Shown: piece after piece, positions 51,312 through 64,000 of the stretch
Layout: every line of letters starts with the position of its first letter
Numbering within the stretch: position 1 is the first letter of the stretch
DNA from: Octopus vulgaris
Lineage: Eukaryota
Direction of reading: 5' to 3'
Assembly (NCBI GenBank): GCA_951406725.2
Contig: OX597825.1
Span: 45,570,001 to 45,634,000, forward strand
DNA: 64,000 bases
Position numbers and translations under genes: made by a program
The notes under the pieces: model-generated
What the model saw: only the letters and a program-made list of their open reading frames with translations
What the model was told of the DNA's origin: nothing
The model's database searches: none

Positions 51312-53072
51312 AGTAAGCCTGGTATCATTTTCAAATAGGTTTCAGTACCTTTTCTTATCATTCCCAGAGATCCCACAATCACTGGTACTGTAGTCGCCCT
51401 GAGATGCCACATTTTTTCAATTTCCATTAGCAAGTCCTTATATTTACTAATCTTGTCAAATTCTTTTGCTGCTATATTGTGATCGCAAGGAATACTCATG
51501 TCAATTAACAAACACATCCTTTTTGTCTGATCTTTTATGATGATATCCAGTTTATTAGCTTTTATAGTTCTGTCAGTATGTACGGGAAAGTCCCATAGAA
51601 TCGACACATTTTCTCCCTCAGTCACAGCTTCAGGATGGTGTTTATACCATTTGTCAGCGGTTTTGATTTTATAATGCCGACATATTGTCCAGTGTAAATA
51701 CTGGCCGACTCTGTCATGTCTTGCTTTATATTCTACAGGTGCTAAGACTCTACACCCTGAGATTAGGTGGTCTATTGTTTCAATCTCATCATTATAGAAT
51801 CGGCATTTTGTGTCAGCTCCATTATTTATCACATTGGCTTGGTAGTTCCGGGTTAATAAGCATTGGTCTTGAGCAGCTAATATAAAACCTTCACTCTCCG
51901 CTTTTAGCCCTGAGCTTCGTAACCATTGGTGCATGTGTTTCTGGTCAACATCAGCTCGTTTGCTACAGGCCACATACTTGCCATGCAGAGGTTTCTGTTC
52001 CCATCTGCTAGCTAATTTTTCATGCGCTTTTGTCTTTGCAATCAATTTTATTTTCTTTGCAGCGGCAGTGGGTGCATTTCCTTCAGCCTGATCGATCTAA
52101 GAGATCAGTAGCGAATTTTTTGCTCTCTTTCAGAATAGAGTGAAGTTTTTTCAGTCTTTCATGTTTTTCAACAAGTTTTAGCATCCAATCGTTGGTTGCT
52201 TCAAGGTATTTGGCCAGTCCGATTGTGGTGGTTTTGTACGTAAGTTCAAGCTCGATCAAACCTCGTCCTTCTTGAGCTCTGGGAAGGTAAAGACTTTTGT
52301 CTGCCTTTGGACGGTGCATCTTATTACAAGTCAGTAGCTTGCAGATTTTTCTGTCAAGTTTCATTATTTCACTGGTATTCCAGTTAAGCACATTGAAGCT
52401 ATAAAGAACAACTGGGACTGCTAAGGAATTTATGGCAAACACCTTATTATATGCATTCAGCTCAGACTTCAGGATTGCTCGAACTCTTCTATAACATTCC
52501 TTCCTAACCTTCTCTTTCATGCTTGCATGCTGGATACCAGAGCCTTTATTTATTCCTAGGTATTTATAGGTTTGTTCCTGCTCAAGTTCCTTTATTACTG
52601 TTTCAACATCTAATTCGATTGAGCTTGACTTTACCAATCTCCCTTTCTTAAAAGTGGCTTTGGCACACTTTTCAAGACCAAACTCCATCCCGATATCATC
52701 ACTGAATCCTTTCACAGTATATAAGAGTCCTTCAAGCTCTTCATCATCTTTGTCATATAGTTTTGAGTCATCCATATAAAATAGATGGCTTATTTTCCTG
52801 TTGTCAATGTTGTAGCCATATTCAGTTCACTTGAGAGTGGTATTAGTGCTATGCAGAAAATTAGTGGTGAAAGTGAGTCAGCTTGGAAAATGCCACAGTT
52901 TATGCTAATATTGTTTGAGCACAATACTCCATTAGAATGATATAACTGGAGCCTCGTGTTCCATAGTGACATATACTTTAAAAAATCTGAAATCTCAGGA
53001 GAAATTTTTAAAATGCCCAGCGATTTCAGAATCCACGAATGTGGTATGCTGTCAAAGGCTTTTTTGTAATCA

Positions 53073-53073
<1 letters not shown>
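51312..53073 (-). mobile_element. R4/Dong-clade LINE (RT to RLE), truncated and frameshifted
   Basis: GIFQADSLSP, YMDD, YKYLG, CRF..ETIDHLISGC, RHD, ANKLDII and LIDMSIP. Bounded by (AGT)n and (ATT)n. Confidence 0.92.
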
Positions 53074-53134
<61 letters not shown>

Positions 53135-53337
53135 GGTAGCGGACTTGCAGAATTGTTAACACGCTGGATGAAATGCAGTATTTCACCCATTGCTATGTGC
53201 TGAGTTCAAATTCCACTGAGGTCAATTTTGTCTTTCATCCTTTCGGGGTCGATAAAATAAGTACCAGTTGAACACTGGGGTCAATGTAATTCATACATCC
53301 AAAATTGCTATACTTGTGGCAAAATTTGAAACCATTA

Positions 53338-53403
<66 letters not shown>

Positions 53404-53405
<2 letters not shown>

Positions 53406-53968
53406 GGGTTGTCCGGAAAGTTTGTGCCAATTTTCAAAGGAAAGAAAAATGTCAATAAATACTTGCCATTACATTTTCAATCAAGCAAATATGAACCATT
53501 TTGTCGCACAATGCATCTCCATCTTTCCTTTAACTTGAAAATATCCTCTTCCCAGAATTGAGGTGGTTTCATGGCAAAGAATTCATCAAGGTATCTTTTT
53601 ACCTCATCCACGGAATTGAAATTTTTACCATTAAGACTATTCTGCAGAGACCTGAATGAGCGGAAATCTGAAGGAGCAATGTCTGGTGAATATGAAGGGT
53701 GGGGTAAGACATCCCAGCCAAGCTACAGCAATTTTTGTCTGATCCCCAAAGCATCGAGTGCCGAAAATGAACTTTCTTATCTTCCGTTTTAAAGGGTTAC
53801 AGAATTAACACAGGTTATAGGAACAAATCTTCTTCCATGAAAAGATAGCTTAAACTGTGCTCTAAATGGAGGTTGTAGTCAAATCCTATTTTATGGACTC
53901 TACCAAGTTCTAAAATAAGTCGAAAGGTAAGCTACTATAAATCGGTACAAACTTTCCAGACAACCCAA
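53404..53968 (-). mobile_element. Internally deleted mariner inserted in (ATT)n
   Basis: TIRs TTGGGTTGTCCGGAAAGTTTGTGCC / GGTACAAACTTTCCAGACAACCCAA with TA flanks. Minus strand encodes HPSYSPDIAPSDF. Confidence 0.9.
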
Positions 53969-54020
<52 letters not shown>

Positions 54021-54022
<2 letters not shown>

Positions 54023-54747
54023 GATGGCAAGCTGGCAGAATTGTTAGTATGCCGGACAAAATGCTCAGCAGCATTTTGCCTGTCTTTATGTTCTGAGTTC
54101 AAATTCTGCCGAGGTTGACTTTGTCTTTCAACCTTTCAAGGTCGATAAATTAAGTATCAGTGAAATCTGAGGTCAATGTAATCGACAAGTCCCCTCCCTC
54201 AAAATGTCAGGTCTTGTGCCTTTAGTGGAAAGGATTATTATTATTATTATTAAGGCGGTGAGCTGGCAGAATTATTAGCACACTGGATGAAATGTGTAGC
54301 AGTATTTCGCTTGTCACTTTATTCTTAGTTCAAATTCTGCCGAGGTCAACTTTGCCTTTCATCCTTCCAGGGTCGGTAAATTAAGTACCAGTTGCATACT
54401 GGAGTCGATCTAATTGACTGACCCCACTCCCCACAAAATTTAAGGCCTTGTGCCTAAGAAAGGATTATTAATGTTGTTGGTGTTGTTATTATTAAGGGGG
54501 CGAGTTGGTAGAATTGTCAGCACACCAGGCAAAATGCTTAGCAGTATTTCATCCATCTTTACGTTCTGAGTACAAATTCTGCCAAGGTTGACTTTGCCTT
54601 TCATCCTTTTGGGGTCGATAAATTAAGTACCAGTGAAACATTAGGGTCGATGTAATCAACTAGTCCCCTTCTCCAAAATTTTAGGCCTTGTGTCTTTAGT
54701 AGAAAGGATTACCATTATCATTATTATTATTACTATTATTATTATTA
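54021..54747 (+). repeat. Trimer of (ATT)n-associated tRNA-SINEs, copy 1
   Basis: Three heads of the type AAGGCGG.GAGCTGGCAGAA..GAGTTCAAATTC, each ending AAAGGATT(ATT)n. Further monomers at 53133, 61440 and 61705. Confidence 0.85.
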
Positions 54748-54983
54748 CTTATTATTACCTAAGGTGCCATGTAATGTGACTGAACCTAGAACTGTGTAGT
54801 TGGAAAACAAACTTCTTACCAAACAGCCATGCTTATATATATACATACACATGCATGCACCCATTCTTACACATATACACACATACTTATACAACCACAC
54901 ACACACACATGCACAAACACACACAGACACACACATACCTGTGCTTACACACACATAACTTTATTATATCTCTTATTTTCCAG

Positions 54984-56260
54984 TGAGTCTTGGAGAGAAT
55001 GAAATTAGACATGAAAGGAGGAACCAAAGGTTGCTGAATGGTACTCGCAGAGTCCAAAACAACAGGAAATTGTTTCGAGCCAAAACTACAGTTAGCTCCA
55101 AAAAGTCATCTGTGAATCCTTCTTTTACCTCATCATCTTCCAAAGGCATCTTTGACCAACACGAGAACATTCCAACAGCACCACCACCAACAGCAGCAGC
55201 AACAAAGCCAACATCATCTGCAATGAGTAAGAAAAAGCTATCAGGCTCTTCCTCCACCTCATCATCTGGCAGAGGCAGTTTTGTCCGTCAGAAGAAGTTA
55301 CCCCTACAGACAGCATCAGAGGAAAATGCTGCAAACCAAACCTGTCGTAGTGTTGACAACAGTTTCCGACCAAACGACAGTAATCCGCATATCCTGAAAT
55401 GGTTGCAGAAGAAAGACAAAGACTTCTGGCAACAGAAACGAGAGATGAAGGTGAGAAAGAAGCTGGAAACTGAGAACAGAAAACTCGATGCAGCCTTCAA
55501 AGCAGATCGTCAGCTCCGCTCGAGTGCAGCATTTGAAGAGTGGATGCATCACAAGGCAAAGGAAAGAAATTCCTGTCTGCAAGTTCTACTGCAAAGAGCT
55601 CCATTGACGTGTCTCAGGAGCCAAAACAAAGCCCAAAACCCACATATGGGTTTCCGTTTATGAGTAAGGAACAGCATGAGGGTGAAGGTGATGGCAATGC
55701 TGGTGTTCAAGAGCAGACGTTGTCTGCTCCTCAGAAGGGTTCAGGTTTTGTTAAAGCAGGCAAAAGTTTGTTGCATGAGGAGAATCTTGAAGTGAATTTC
55801 TTGAGGATGACAAACCTTCAGAATTGGCAAACAAAAACCCAGTTTCCAACTTCACATCAAGTCAAGCTGAGACTGGAACAGATGTTCCTCTTGATAATCC
55901 TGGGAGTTCAACAAGATTTGCTGACTGTGGTGTTGATCAAAATAAAGAGGAACTTGAAATAGCTAGCAAAACTGAGAAGCACAATGTATGGCAAATGAGA
56001 GGTTAGTGTCAGAACACAAGAAATCCAGTTTGATATTCCAGCAACCAGATGAGGACAATAGTAGAAATCAGGGAAAAGAACAAAGTTTCTATGGGAAGCC
56101 AGAATCACAGTCATCATCACCTCCAACTCCACTGCCACTGGTAATGAAGAAATCAACCACTAGACCTAAAACTGCCCATGGACGCCGATCAAGGTCCTCT
56201 ACAGCAACAAGCAGAGATAAATGTCTTGTATCCCCTCAACTCATGCCACTTCCATCTTAA
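54984..56260 (+). CDS. Large terminal-type exon of a basic coiled-coil protein, broken by about three frameshifts
   Basis: TTATTTTCCAG acceptor, then consecutive overlapping ORFs (54983, 55540, 55824, 55988) with coding-like composition. WLQKK..AFEEWMHHK recalls CCDC34/CCDC181/MAP9-type motifs (weak). Confidence 0.6.
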
Positions 56261-56844
56261 TTTGAATCCACAGATATACAGAAAATACTTGTCCCCATCT
56301 ATCTATGCCACTTTGAACACTATAGACACAAGCTGTCTAACCCAAATGCACAGATTCATAAAAGACACATATTTCGCCTTACCTTTATGGCTCCCATCTC
56401 TATATACACAAGTTATCTAACGGGAATATCCAGACATGAAAGAAAGGAATGTCCTGTATCCCCACCTGTCCGTACCACTTCTAATACTGAAGACACCAGT
56501 TGTTTAACCTGAATATCTAAATATGCAAGAAATAGATGTTCTGTGTCCCTCATTTCCATCTCTATAGACACAAGTTATCTAACCTGAATGCACAGATATG
56601 TAAGAGAGGAGTATTATGCATCACTCTTGCCTCTAACTCTCTCCTCATTATAGGTATATACTATTATGAAATCTGGACACACATATTATATGTAACAGCC
56701 AAACCTGTATCACAAACACATGGATTCCTCTGCAGTCTGCAGAAATGGTAAACAATTCAGTTAGGATCAAATGTTGGTTCCCTTTAAAGCCTCAAAAAAA
56801 AAAAAAGTGTAAAGAAGAAAATTAGTGCTCTGTTGATTATGATG

Positions 56845-57392
56845 ATGATGAGTTCCAGCTGATCTGATTGACAGAACAGCCTGCTTGTGAAATTAACATG
56901 CAAGTGGCTGAGCACTCCACAGACATGCGTACCTTTAACATAATTCCAGGCAGGTTTAGTTTGACACAGAATATGATAAGGCTGGTCCTTTGGAATAGAG
57001 GTACAACTCATTTTTGCCAGCTGAGTGGATTGGAGCAACATGAAATAAAGTGTCTTGCTCAAGGACACACAAAAACTGGCACACCATCGGTTACAGCAAT
57101 GAGTATTTCAGTTGATCAACAGAACAGCCTGCTTGTGAAATTAACGTGTAAGTGGCTGAGTATTCCACAGACATGCATACCCTTAACATAGTTCTCTGGG
57201 AGATTTAGTGTGACACAGTGTGTGACAAGGCTGGCTCTTTGGAGTACAGGTACAACTCATTTTTGCCAGTCAAGTTGATTGGAACAATATAAAATAAAGC
57301 TTCTTTCTCAAGGACACAAAACTGCTGGAAATTGAACTCACTACATTATGATCATGAGCCAAACTCCCTAACCACTAAACCATATGCCTTCA
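56845..57392 (-). repeat. tRNA-headed SINE with internal tandem duplication
   Basis: CAGAACAGCCTGCTTGTGAAATTAAC.TG.AAGTGGCTGAG occurs twice (56871, 57120). A related fragment lies at 36885-36985. Confidence 0.7.
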
Positions 57393-57824
57393 TAAACTTC
57401 AAATAATAGTTACAATGGACCACATAAAGTTGTAGTCACTCATTATAAACTTACTGTAGTCCTCCACTCTACCAATACAGCTGCTGACAATCTACTGACA
57501 TCCAAGGTCACACCTAGAGAGACTTGTAAGAAGCGATTGTGCTGGGACCTTCATCTACAAGAATATGAAGTCCTCCCACCAAATTCTCTGTACTTATATA
57601 TTGGTGAATCTATTTAATCTTTTTTCTAATATTAATTTATTCATTAGGTTATGATGAAATGACTGTGTGGTTTATGTTACATAATCAATGCTTACGTTCA
57701 TGATTTTCCAAGTTGTTAAATGATTTGATTCATGTTGTTGAAATGGCTGTAACCAAGAAATAAATGTGATACCAGTACCTCTATTCTTTCACTTGTTATA
57801 TACATACATACGTATGTACATATG

Positions 57825-57856
<32 letters not shown>

Positions 57857-58224
57857 CCTATATACCTACATACATACATACATACATACTTAGATACATA
57901 CATACTTAGATACATACATGCCTACATACATACATACTTACATACCTACATGCATACATACATACTTACATACTTAGATACATATATACGTACATACATA
58001 CCTACATACCTAATACAAACATACATATACATACATACTTAGATACATATGTATGTACGTACATATGTACATACATATATATATACATACCTACATACCT
58101 ACATGCATACATACAAACATACATATACATTTAAATACATATGTATGTACGTACATATGTACATACATACATACCTACATACATACATACCTACATGCAT
58201 ACATACAAGCATACATACATACCT

Positions 58225-59964
58225 GATGGCTGCCCCCTCGTTATGTCAGCATCATAGGAAGACCCTTCCCATCTGGAAGTGTAACAGCGATGCCCTTCCT
58301 GACATCCCTCCTTACTTTCTCATGTGCAACTCGAGATTTCTCAAAAGTGGCTGTCCCCTCGTGCACAATCCTTCTCCACCTGCTACAATCAATAGCTATG
58401 TCTTCCCATGTCTCAGGAGAGATGCAAGCATCTCTTAAGGAAGCCTTCAGCAAGTCCTTATACCTCTTTTTTGGTTTATGTGGAGGTCGTTCTCCTATAG
58501 CTAACTCTCCATAAAAGAGTTGTTTTATCATCCTTGAATCCTTCATCCTGACCAGATGACCACTCCATCTGAGCCTCTGCTTTAACACAAGAGATCCTTC
58601 CAATATTTCACACCGAGATCCTTCCAATATTTCAAGATCACTGATGCGGTCCTTCCACTTAATGCCATAGATCCATCTGAGACACATCTGATGGAAACGT
58701 TCCAGTAGTTTGAGGTGGTATCGATATGTGACCCACATCTCGCAGGCATAGAGAAGAGAAGGGAGCACACATGCCTTGTACACCTTTATCTTTGTCTTTC
58801 TACATATATCTTGCTGACTCCAGAGGCGCTTTTCTAGCCTTCCGAAAGCAACACTTGCTTTCCTAATTCTATATGGAATTTCATCATCCAAATTGCTATA
58901 TCTATTAATAGTGCTTCCCAGGTAGACAAACTGATCAACTACATCAAGTCGTTTACCATACATATAGATATTTGGTACACTATACTGCTTACCAGGGGCA
59001 GGTTGATGCATGACAACAGTTTTCTTGAGATTGACTGTCAATCCTAAGGCAGTGCAAGCATCAGAGAATGCATTCAAAATGTGTTGCATATCAATCTCTG
59101 CATACAAAAGGTCTCTTATGATAGAGGTAAATACCTTTGTTTTTGTAGCAAAGTACCTGATATTAAATATGCTGCCAGAGGTTTGATAATGGATGTAAAC
59201 ACCGTATCTGCGGTTTTTGAATGCAATACAGAACACCATCGCAAAATATATGGAAAATAGGGTCGGTGCCAGAATATCCCCCTGTTTCACTCAATTTTGT
59301 ATTGAAATGGGATCTGACATTTTCCCTCTAACATTCACCCTACCGTTCATGTTCATGAAAAGACCTAACCAAAGCAACGAACTTTTCAGGACACCCAAGT
59401 TTCTGGAGGACTTTCCACAATGCTTTTCTATTGATGGTATCAAAGGCTTTTGTCAGACCGACAAACACCTGATACAAATCCAGACCCTGTTCCTCACACT
59501 TCTCCTGAAGCTGTCTAGCTGAAAAGATCATATCAGCAGTGCCATGTCCCACATGAAAGCCAGATTGACTTTCTGGAAGAACACAATCTGCAATGTATTT
59601 CAGCAGATGATCCAGAAGTATCCTGCATAAAACCTTTCTTACGACAGACAGCAATGATACTCCTCTATAATTACCACAATCATTCCTGTTGCCCTTTCCC
59701 TTATACAGGACCACCATTACTGTATCTCTCCAGTCCTCAGGTACAGATTCAGTAGTCCATATCTTACCAAACAAAGAGTGAAGTTTCTGCAGAATTTTCT
59801 CACCACCATGCTGTAACAACTCCACATGTATGCCATCCATACTCGGAGACTTCCCATTATTCAACCTTGAGAGAGCCATTGCAACTTCTTCCAACTTTGG
59901 TGGTTCTGCGAGTGCTGCCTTCACAGGTAATCCAGGGATGAGATTGAGAACAACATTCCATGTA
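58225..59964 (-). mobile_element. RTE/BovB-like LINE, 5'-truncated, embedded in (CATA)n
   Basis: GKSP.DGI, NYRGVSLLS, QSGF, KAFD, KQGDILAPTLF and QFVYLGS. (CATA)n tracts at 57800-58222 and 59965-60112. Confidence 0.92.
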
Positions 59965-60123
59965 ACATACATACCTACATGCATACATACATGCATACCT
60001 ACATACATACCTACATACATACATACATACCTACATACTTACCTACATACATACATACATACAAACATACATACATACCTACATACATACATACCTACCT
60101 ACATACATACATATGTAGAAAGG

Positions 60124-60153
<30 letters not shown>

Positions 60154-60155
<2 letters not shown>

Positions 60156-60856
60156 GATGGCAAGCTGGCAGAATTGTTAGTATGCCGGACAAAATGCTCA
60201 GCAGCATTTTGCCTGTCTTTATGTTCTGAGTTCAAATTCTGCCGAGGTTGACTTTATCTTTCAACCTTTCAAGGTCGATAAATTAAGTATCAGTGAAATC
60301 TGAGGTTGACGTAATCGACAAGTCCCCTCCCTCAAAATGTCAGGTCTTGTGCCTTTAGTGGAAAGGATTATTATTATTATTATTAAGGCGGTGAGCTGGC
60401 AGAATTATTAGCACACTGGATGAAATGTGTAGCAGTATTTCGCTTGTCACTTCATTCTGAGTTCAAATTCTGCCGAGGTCAACTTTGCCTTTCATCCTTC
60501 CAGGGACGGTAAATTTGCATACTGGAGTCGATCTAATTGACTGACCCCACTCCCCACAAAATTTAAGGCCTTGTGCCTAAGAAAGGATTATTAATGTTGT
60601 TGGTGTTGTTATTATTAAGGAGGCGAGTTGGTAGAATTGTCAGCACACCAGGCAAAATGCTTAGCAGTATTTCATCCATCTTTACGTTCTGAGTACAAAT
60701 TCTGCCAAGGTTGACTTTGCCTTTCATCCTTTTGGGGTCAATAAATTAAGTACCAGTGAAACATTAGGGTTGATGTAATCAAGTAATCCCCTTCTCCAAA
60801 ATTTTAGGTCTTGTGTCTTTAGTAGAAAGGATTATCATTATCATTATTATTATTAC

Positions 60857-60870
<14 letters not shown>
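60154..60870 (+). repeat. Trimer of (ATT)n-associated tRNA-SINEs, copy 2
   Basis: Near-identical to 54021-54747, including the spacer variants. Confidence 0.85.
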
Positions 60871-60899
<29 letters not shown>

Positions 60900-61660
60900 G
60901 AGCAGCGCATGTCATCCAAGTGAAACTAGGGCACAAATAAAAAAATCCCAATATATCCATCATGAGTACCTGCCTGATAAAGGTACCCCAACATCACAAC
61001 CATATGTATGCAGCATGGTGACCTGATATCAAGATAAACTGCACTTGACTTTGCAGGTGGGGCCCAGTTAGAATTTTCTTCAGTTTGAGTAGCCCATCCC
61101 ACTTAAATGGACCCTGAATAAAGATTGTTTAAAGATGATGAATGAAACACCTATGTTTCCAGAGATAAATTATTCAAAACCTAAAGAATTCTTCTCAACA
61201 CATGGCTATCATGTTTCTCCACTACTCCTGCTTGTGATCAGAGATGCACATATTGTCAACCACCAAGGGACATGCTCAACTGGTTAAGCTCAAACAACTG
61301 ACAAGCAAATCTGTGGTATTGAGCAGAATATTTGCTGTAGCCCATCTTTTATATGAAGACAAAGCAATATACATGATAACACTTCATGAAGCCACTGCCT
61401 ATTACTGCATCAGGACATTTATTATTATTATGGTTGCTAAAGCTGGCATACCAGGTGATATGCTTAGTGACATTTCCACCATTCTTACGTTCTGAGTTCA
61501 AATTCCGTGAAGGTTGACTTTGCTTGTCATCCTTTTGAAGTTAATAAATTAAGTACTAGTGAAACACCGGGGTCAATATAATCAACCCTAAATATTTCAG
61601 GCCTTGTGCCTGTAGTAGAAAGGATTATTATAATAATAATGATAATTATTATTATTATTA

Positions 61661-61706
<46 letters not shown>

Positions 61707-62705
61707 GGCTGGTATTATTGTTAAAGCTGGTAGAATTGTTAGCTAGCAGCATTTCATCCATCTTTACATTCTGACTTTGTCTTTCAACCTTTTGGAGTCA
61801 ATAAACTAAGAACCAGTTGAAAACTGGGGTTGATCTAATTGACTTATCCCCTCTAGCTATTTGCTAATTTTCTCTCCTGATGAAGGATGCCATGTAATGT
61901 CTGCATGTGACCATCATGCATATCCATACTTTTTGCACATTCCATCTGCTAATTATGATCATTATGATTATTATTTGATTTAAGACTCCCGCAAACACCT
62001 GTCAAGTTAAAGGAAACTATGCATTCTCCCCTTAGTTTTTTTAATTTTTTTATACTCCATGTAAAATTAAATAGATTTGTCAAAATATATATAAATATCT
62101 ATATGCTTGTAAATCCAATCAGTAATGATCGTTTCATTAGGAGTATATAGAATATTAAGAAAGAGAGGAGCTATAAGATGAATATATTTATTTCACTTGT
62201 TGACATCCATATAATGATGATCATTTCATAGCCTTTATTACAGAGAAACAATTTATTTTAGTATATAATAAATAATAAATTATTTTACATGCTTGTATTA
62301 ATGTATATGATATAAATTGTGAAGGCACATGGCTCAGTTGGTTGGAGTGTCGAGCTTACAATCATGAGGTTGTGAGCTCGAATCCCAGACCGGGCTGTGT
62401 GTTGTGTTCTTGAGCAAGACACTTTATTTCACGTTGCTGCAATTCACTCAGCTGTAGAAATGAGTTGCGACATCACAGGTGCCAAGCTGCATCGGCCTTT
62501 GCCTTTCCCTTGGATAACACTGGTGGCAAGGAGAAGGGAGGCCAGTATGCATGGGTGACTGCTCATCTTTCATAAACAAACTTGCTCGGACTTGTGTCTC
62601 GGAGGGTAATTTTCTAGGTCCAATCCCATGGTCAGTCATGACCGAAGGGGGTCTCTCATATAATATAAATTATATAGTACAGATGTATGATTTATAAAAA
62701 TAACA

Positions 62706-64000
62706 TAGTAAGCCAACTGGAAAGAAAGTCAAAAGGAGAGCAAGCTAAAACGAGTGCAAGCCAAAAGGAGAGCAGGCCAATTGTGGTAGTAGTGGCTAAT
62801 TCAAATTTGTTTTTTAGTACTTATTTGCAATATTTTGACAGATTTTGTATCCTGAAAACTTTTGAGACTTTAATGATCTCTTGGATAAATATAATCTTAT
62901 TATCAATCTGTTAACTTATATTTACCCAAGAGATCAATCAAGTCACAAAAGTTTTCAGAAAACAAAATGTCAAAATATTGCAAATAAGCATAAAAAAGTG
63001 AACACAATTACTAATTCAAATTTGTATTTTCGTACTTATTTGCAATAAGGAGAGCAAGCAAACTGGAGAGCAAGCCAAAAGGAGTGCAAGGCAAAAGGAG
63101 AGCAAGCCGAAATGAGAGCAAGCAGAAAGGAGAGTAAGCCAACTGGAGAGCAAGCCAAAAGGAGTGCAAAGCAAAAGGAGAGCAAGCAGAAAGGAGAGTA
63201 AGCCAACTGGAAAGAAAGTCAAAAGGAGAGCAAGCTAAAAGGAGTGCAAGCCAAAAGGAGAGCAGGCCAAAAGGAGAAGTCAAAAGTTTTCAGAAAACAA
63301 AATGTCTCAAAATATTGCAAATAAGCATAAAGAATAGAACACAATTGCTAATTCAAATTTGTTATTTTTTAGTACTTAATTGCTATATTTTGACACATTT
63401 TGAATCCTGAAAACATTTGAGACTTTAGTGATCGCTTGGATAAATATAATATTATCAAAGTTAACATCACTAACAAAATGTGTCAAAATATTGCAAATAA
63501 GCATAAAAAAGCGAACAAAATTGCTATGCAGTTTGTATCCTGAAAACTTTTGAGACTTTAGTGATCTCTTGGATAGATATAATCTTATCATAAAGTGAAC
63601 ACAATTGCTAATTCAAATTTGTTGTTTTTCGTACTTATTTACAATATGGAGAGCAAGCCAAAGGGAGTGCAAGGCAAAAGGAGAGCAAGCCAAAAGGATA
63701 GCAAGCAGAAAGGAGAGTAAGCTAACTGGGAAGAAAGCCAAAAGGAGCAAGCTAAATGGAGTGTAAGGCAAAAGGAGAGCAAGCCAACTGGAGAGCAAGC
63801 CAAAAGAAGTGCAAGGCAAAAGGAGAGCAAGCAGAAAGGAGAGCAAGCCAACTGGAGAGCAAGCGAAAAAGAAGAGCAAGCCAAAAGGAGAGCAAGCAGG
63901 AAGGAGAGTAAGCCAACTGGAAAGCAAGTCAAAAGGAGAGCAAGCTTTAGAAAGGAGTGCAAGCCAAAAGACAAAAGTTTTCAGAAATTTGTCAAAATAT
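62706..64000. repeat. 16-bp minisatellite arrays (GGAGAGCAAGCCAAAA variants) within the fold-back satellite backbone
   Basis: Arrays at 62706-62780, 63047-63282 and 63648-63970. The backbone matches 29290-29960. Confidence 0.85.

Noticed and set aside
61876-61920. CTGATGA as a hammerhead core (also at 1550, 2793, 10375 and 13465)
   Set aside because: No correctly placed GAAA with stems I and III.
62706-63970. Leu-rich membrane-protein ORFs on the minus strand, or a CRISPR array
   Set aside because: These are translations of a 16-bp minisatellite with no unique spacers.

Overview
AT-rich, repeat-dominated eukaryotic DNA. The SINE, RTE and microsatellite landscape resembles an octopus/cephalopod genome, which is an inference. 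Host genes are limited to a short terminal exon (2756-2836) and a frameshifted coiled-coil exon (54984-56260). The rest is nested transposons: pogo and mariner DNA transposons, two Gypsy remnants, two non-autonomous LTR elements, RTE, R4/Dong, HERO and Penelope-like retroelements, tRNA-SINEs, and an 8-kb complex satellite. The unexpected signal is RNA structure. Reading both strands by eye gives about 18 hammerhead-ribozyme motifs, complete or partial, in three groups. (i) A non-circularly permuted, pseudoknotted hammerhead with the same four-helix topology but different sequence occurs in the HERO LINE 3'UTR (16671-16781, minus) and in three copies of a non-coding 700-840-bp tandem element (32890-34518, minus). 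(ii) A type I hammerhead recurs once per higher-order unit of the satellite (23434-30241, minus). (iii) Scattered minimal type I hammerheads sit in (TA)n-associated, often inverted Penelope-type termini. All structures are manual predictions and none has been tested for cleavage.
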